DNA of 11,397 nucleotides from Candidatus Dadabacteria bacterium (lineage in GTDB: Bacteria; Desulfobacterota_D; UBA1144; Nemesobacterales; CSP1-2): the NCBI GenBank assembly GCA_040289575.1, contig PSLL01000007.1, positions 65,377 to 76,773 on the forward strand, in the 5' to 3' direction. Below the pieces are notes generated by a model, which worked only from the letters and a program-made list of their open reading frames with translations, was not told where the DNA came from and did no database searches. Positions 7,831-11,397 of this stretch are shown here, piece after piece (the first letter of the stretch is position 1; every line of letters starts with the position of its first letter). Both the position numbers and the translations under genes were made by a program.

Positions 7831-8997
7831 ATGAACGATTATCCTTCTTTTTTAAGCCTCATAAGAGGAGAAATCTACACGGTCTCAGGGCTTACTGCGA
7901 GGATTAAAGACATTATAGAGGCAGAAGTGGGATACGACTTCATCTGGGTCGTGGGAGAGATTTCAAACTTTAGAGGCAACTACTCAAGTGGCCACTGGTA
8001 TTTTTCTTTAAAAGATGAAGACAGTCAAATCTCCGCCGTCTGTTTTAAATGGATGAATCAGTACATAAAATTCAGACCCGAAAACGGGATGGAGGTTATA
8101 TGCTGCGGACAGGTGGGCGTCTACGAAAAACAGGGGATATACCAAATAAATGTCAGATATATAGAACCCAAAGGCGTTGGAGCGCAGGCGCTTGCCCTTG
8201 AGCAGCTCAAAGAAAGGCTCTTGGCGGAGGGATTGTTTGCAGAAGAGAGAAAACGCCCCCTACCCTTTCTGCCTCAGAAGATCGGTGTTGTCACATCTCC
8301 CTCAGGGGCGGCAATAAGGGATATATTAAAGGTGATTGGAAGACGGTTTCCAAACCTCCATATACTGATTCCGACACGCGTTCAGGGCAAAGAGGCCCCC
8401 CAGGATATTGTCAGAGCCTTAAAGAGGCTCTATGGAATCGAGGGAATTGACTTAATTATCGTAGCACGAGGCGGAGGCTCAAAAGAGGACCTCTGGGCCT
8501 TTAATGAAGAGGCCGTAGCAAGAGAGATTAGTATGTCTCCTGTTCCTGTAATCTCTGCCGTAGGGCATGAAATTGATATTACAATCTCAGACCTTGTATC
8601 GGATATGCGCGCCTCTACCCCCTCGATGGCAGCCGAGATTGCGGTAAGGGAGATGAGTGAGCTTATAGATGAACTCAAAGATTTGGAAATCAAGATGGCG
8701 ATGATGCTGAAAAAACGAATTGAATTCTATGAGAAGGACATATCTCGAATTCAGTTTGATCTCCAAAGGGCGATTCAGATAAAGCTCGATGCGGCGGCAT
8801 CGGAACTTCAAGCACTCTCCGGGAAGATAGACGCACTTAGCCCGCTTAAGGTTCTGGAGCGCGGCTACAGCATCACATACAAGCTCCCCTCAATGGAAGT
8901 TATTAAGGAATCAAAAGGGCTAAAATCCGGGGATAAGGTTCTTATAAAATTCCATATCGGAAAGGCAAAATGCTCTGTTGAGGATATTGAAGATTAG
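7831..8997 (+). CDS. xseA: Exodeoxyribonuclease VII large subunit
   Basis: YTVSGLT, WVVGEISNF, SGHWYFSLKD OB-fold, IGVVTSPSGAAIRDI, VARGGGSKEDLWAFNEE, ISAVGHEID, STPSMAAE, LSPLKVLERGYS. ATG 7831 preferred over TTG 7762, which lies inside the hairpin. Confidence 0.95.
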   Translation: MNDYPSFLSLIRGEIYTVSGLTARIKDIIEAEVGYDFIWVVGEISNFRGNYSSGHWYFSLKDEDSQISAVCFKWMNQYIKFRPENGMEVICCGQVGVYEKQGIYQINVRYIEPKGVGAQALALEQLKERLLAEGLFAEERKRPLPFLPQKIGVVTSPSGAAIRDILKVIGRRFPNLHILIPTRVQGKEAPQDIVRALKRLYGIEGIDLIIVARGGGSKEDLWAFNEEAVAREISMSPVPVISAVGHEIDITISDLVSDMRASTPSMAAEIAVREMSELIDELKDLEIKMAMMLKKRIEFYEKDISRIQFDLQRAIQIKLDAAASELQALSGKIDALSPLKVLERGYSITYKLPSMEVIKESKGLKSGDKVLIKFHIGKAKCSVEDIED

Positions 8998-9112
8998 GAA
9001 TGATACATGATTCCAAAAGCCCCTTGTCAAGGCAGTAGGCAGTTGTTTTGATCTCTTAGTGCAAAATGAATCAATAGGGGAATCCGATAACTAAGCAATG
9101 GAGAAAACCACA

Positions 9113-9882
9113 ATGCAACACGCATCAGACCATAAACAGATAATCATCGAACAGTTCTCCCGGCAGGCAGTACCATTTGCCAATCTACCTGGGCACTCGC
9201 AATCAATACAGATGCTGATTGAATTGTCTGGGGTATCCGCAACGGATGATGTCCTCGATGTCGCCTGTGGCCCTGGGCTTGTGGCGTGTGAGTTTGCTCT
9301 GCACGCAAGGCATGTCACGGGTATTGATATCACACCCCAAATGATCGAACAGGCCAAGCAGCGCCAAAGGGAGAAAAAACTATTTAATCTCTCTTGGCAG
9401 GTCGGAGATGTGTTACCGCTACCGTTTCTGGATTCCCATTTCGGGGTTGTATTGACGCGCTATAGTTTTCACCATTTTCTCAATCCAGCGGCTATCTTGG
9501 CTGAGATGATCAGGGTATGTAAACCCGGCGGCAGGGTGATGGTCATTGATGTTGTGCAACTGCCAGAAAAGGTATCTGCATACGACCGATTGGAAAAACT
9601 GCGCGACCCTCTTATGTTCACGCGCTCACGTTTCCCGAGATGGCGGCAATGATTGCTGCCTCTGGCCTTTCGAATGTCAGAACAGCCCGATATAAGGTTG
9701 AGGGAGAACTCGAACAACTGTTGAGAGCATCCTTCCCGAATCCCGGAGACATGGAGTGGATTCGAGAGATTTTCAAGTCCGATCTGGAATTGGATCAAAT
9801 AGGAATTAACGTTCATCAGCGCGGCAACGAAATCTATTTTGCCGTTCCAATTCTGCTCATGGTGGGTGAGAAGATTGCCTAA
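9113..9882 (+). pseudogene. Class I SAM-dependent methyltransferase (Methyltransf_11/UbiE-like), frameshifted
   Basis: VLDVACGPG motif I, GIDITP, RYSFHH, RVCKPGGRV. Restoring one base at CCC 9607-9609 joins EKLRDP to SYVHALTFPEMAAMIAASGL..., ending at 9882. GGAG SD at 9100-9103 favours ATG 9113. Confidence 0.8.
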
Positions 9883-9926
9883 TCGCAACAAATAGGCAAC
9901 AAACAAAACGTAAGGAGGTAAAACGC

Positions 9927-10684
9927 ATGTCTAATCAAGCACTAAAAGGAAAAGTTGTCGTTGTAGGCACAGGAGCGAAGAATCTAGGAGGGCTTATAAG
10001 CAGGTCGTTCGGTGCTTATGGTGCTTCCGTCGTTGTCCACTACAACAGCGACAGTACGAAAGCCTCAGCCGATGAGACTGTGAAAGCCGTCCAAGCCGCG
10101 GGCGGCGACGCCTTCGCCATTCAGGGTGATCTGACCAAGGTCTCTGAAGTCATCAGGCTGTTTGATGAAGCGGTCAAGCGCTATGGCCGCCTCGACATTG
10201 CGGTCAATACAGTCGGCAAGGTGCTCAAGAAGCCACGTTTGTCGAAACCACCGAGGAAGAATATGACACCATGTTTGCCATTAATGCGAAGGCGGCGTAT
10301 TTCTTTATCCATGAAGCTGGCAAGCAGATGAATGATGGCGGCAAGATCATCATTATTGTGACCTCACTTTTAGCGGCTTTCAAAGGGCTTTACTCAACCT
10401 ATGCAGGCAGTAAAGTGCCGGTAGAACATTTCACGCGTGCATCGGCAAAGGAGTTCAGCCCGCGCGGCATCTCAGTCAACAACATTGCGCCCGGGCCGAT
10501 GGATACCCCGTTCTTCTATCCCGCTGAGACGCCGGATTCGATTGCCTACCATAAGTCGCAGAGCATGAATGGCAAGCTGACCGACATCAATTATATTGTT
10601 CCCATAGTGAAATTCCTGGCGACCGACGGCTGGTGGATTACGGGACAGACGATCTTTGCCAACGGCGGCTACACAACGAGATAA
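9927..10684 (+). pseudogene. SDR family oxidoreductase, frameshifted
   Basis: GAKNLGG Rossmann loop, GDLT, DIAVNTVG in the first frame. FVETTEEEYDTMFAINAK, catalytic YAGSK, NNIAPGPMDT and WITGQTIFANGG in another frame. Frame change at ~10233-10237. SD AAGGAGGT upstream. Confidence 0.85.
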
Positions 10685-10701
10685 AGGGCAGTGGTTGGCT
10701 T

Positions 10702-10860
10702 ATGCGATTCTTGGAGCGTTTTACACAGGGCGAATTGCGCCTCAACCGGATTGAGGCATTCAGCGATGGTGTATTCGCGATCATCGTCACGCTGCTCACG
10801 AATCCAATCCGGCGGCTTCTTGTAACGTTGTTTGTTGATTCTCTTATCATATTGACTTAA
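10702..10860 (+). pseudogene. Truncated TMEM175 (DUF1211) family potassium channel fragment
   Basis: RIEAFSDGVFAIIVTLL matches the RxxxFSD TM1 signature. Similarity ends at ~10797 and the frame stops at 10860 (52 aa versus roughly 200 aa for the family). Confidence 0.8.
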
Positions 10861-10887
10861 GTATGATATTTTTAAGTATATTCTTAA
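10846..10887. promoter_or_regulatory. Putative promoter/operator upstream of the nitronate monooxygenase gene
   Basis: TTGACT 10852-10857; ATCATA/TATGAT inverted arms (10846-10867); TTAAGTAT direct repeat (10857, 10872); 14/16 palindrome TTAAGTATATTCTTAA (10872-10887). Confidence 0.45.
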
Positions 10888-10951
10888 ACAAAATAGAGTG
10901 TTATACGAACTAAACTTCATATAAGACAACTCGGTGACGACGGAGCTATCA

Positions 10952-11397
10952 ATGAACACAATTGAATCGCCAAACAGGAGCGCTCATCCGCGTGACCGTG
11001 TAGCGGGATTCTGTGCTAAGTATGGTCTGAGGGTTCCGATTCTGCTAGCACCTATGGCCGGTGCATGCCCGGTGAGCCTTTCCATCGCCGTGGCCAATGC
11101 CGGAGGGATGGGGGCTATGGGTGCACTCTTGACCCCGCCAGTCGGAATCCGTGAATGGGTGAAAGAGTTTCGGGCCGGGAGCAGCGGCCCTTTCCAACTC
11201 AATGTCTGGATCCCCGACCCCAAGCCGCATCGCGATGCGGAGGCGGAAGCACGCATTCGCGCATTCCTTGCGTCATGGGGCCCCGAAGTACCGGCGACGG
11301 CGGGTGACGTGGCTCCACCGGATTTTCAGGCGCAATGTGAGGCATTCATTGAATTGAATCCGACGGCCGTTTCCTCCATCATGGGATTGTTCCCGCC
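10952..11397 (+). CDS. Nitronate monooxygenase-family FMN-dependent oxidoreductase (partial, runs off right edge)
   Basis: Not in ORF track. Hand translation from ATG 10952 (GGAG at 10942-10945) is open to the end: LRVPILLAPMAGACPVSLSIAVANAGGMGAMG...GPFQLNVW...PTAVSSIMGLFP. Confidence 0.88.
   Translation, partial: MNTIESPNRSAHPRDRVAGFCAKYGLRVPILLAPMAGACPVSLSIAVANAGGMGAMGALLTPPVGIREWVKEFRAGSSGPFQLNVWIPDPKPHRDAEAEARIRAFLASWGPEVPATAGDVAPPDFQAQCEAFIELNPTAVSSIMGLFP

Noticed and set aside
4677..8811. Short ORFs overlapping hbd, gltX, PMM/PGM and xseA
   Set aside because: Shadow frames of well-supported genes.
9000..9030. Minus-strand TTGACA...TATCAT promoter antisense to xseA
   Set aside because: The 19-nt spacer is suboptimal and nothing else supports it.
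9091..11256. Minus-strand ORFs 9091-9357, 9469-9906, 10638-10850, 10669-10959, 10984-11256 and 11045-11230
   Set aside because: Mostly antisense to recognisable plus-strand genes, with no motifs of their own.
1..11397. CRISPR array, tRNA/rRNA, SRP RNA, riboswitch, transposase or integrase
   Set aside because: No regularly spaced repeats, cloverleaf, recognisable RNA motif or recombinase ORF seen by eye. An Rfam/Infernal scan of the spacers would be decisive.

Overview
Bacterial chromosomal window in two parts. The left ~9 kb is AT-rich core genome. It holds the minus-strand ffh-rpsP-khpA-rimM-trmD cluster, a divergent 3-hydroxybutyryl-CoA dehydrogenase, minus-strand gltX and phosphomannomutase/phosphoglucomutase, and plus-strand xseA. 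The trmD gene is missing from the ORF track because it runs off the left edge. My hand translation shows it fused in frame to a second SPOUT methyltransferase domain (Tm1570/DUF2168-like), predicting a two-knot protein. Several core intergenic spacers carry imperfect palindromes (REP/MITE-like), and gltX (possibly also xseA) looks leaderless. From about 9.0 kb the DNA is more GC-rich with different codon usage. It carries a decaying, probably acquired cluster: a frameshifted class I SAM methyltransferase, a frameshifted SDR oxidoreductase, a truncated TMEM175-family K+ channel, an AT-rich palindromic regulatory region, and the start of a nitronate monooxygenase-family gene running off the right edge. 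All calls come from manual reading and motif recognition, with no database searches.
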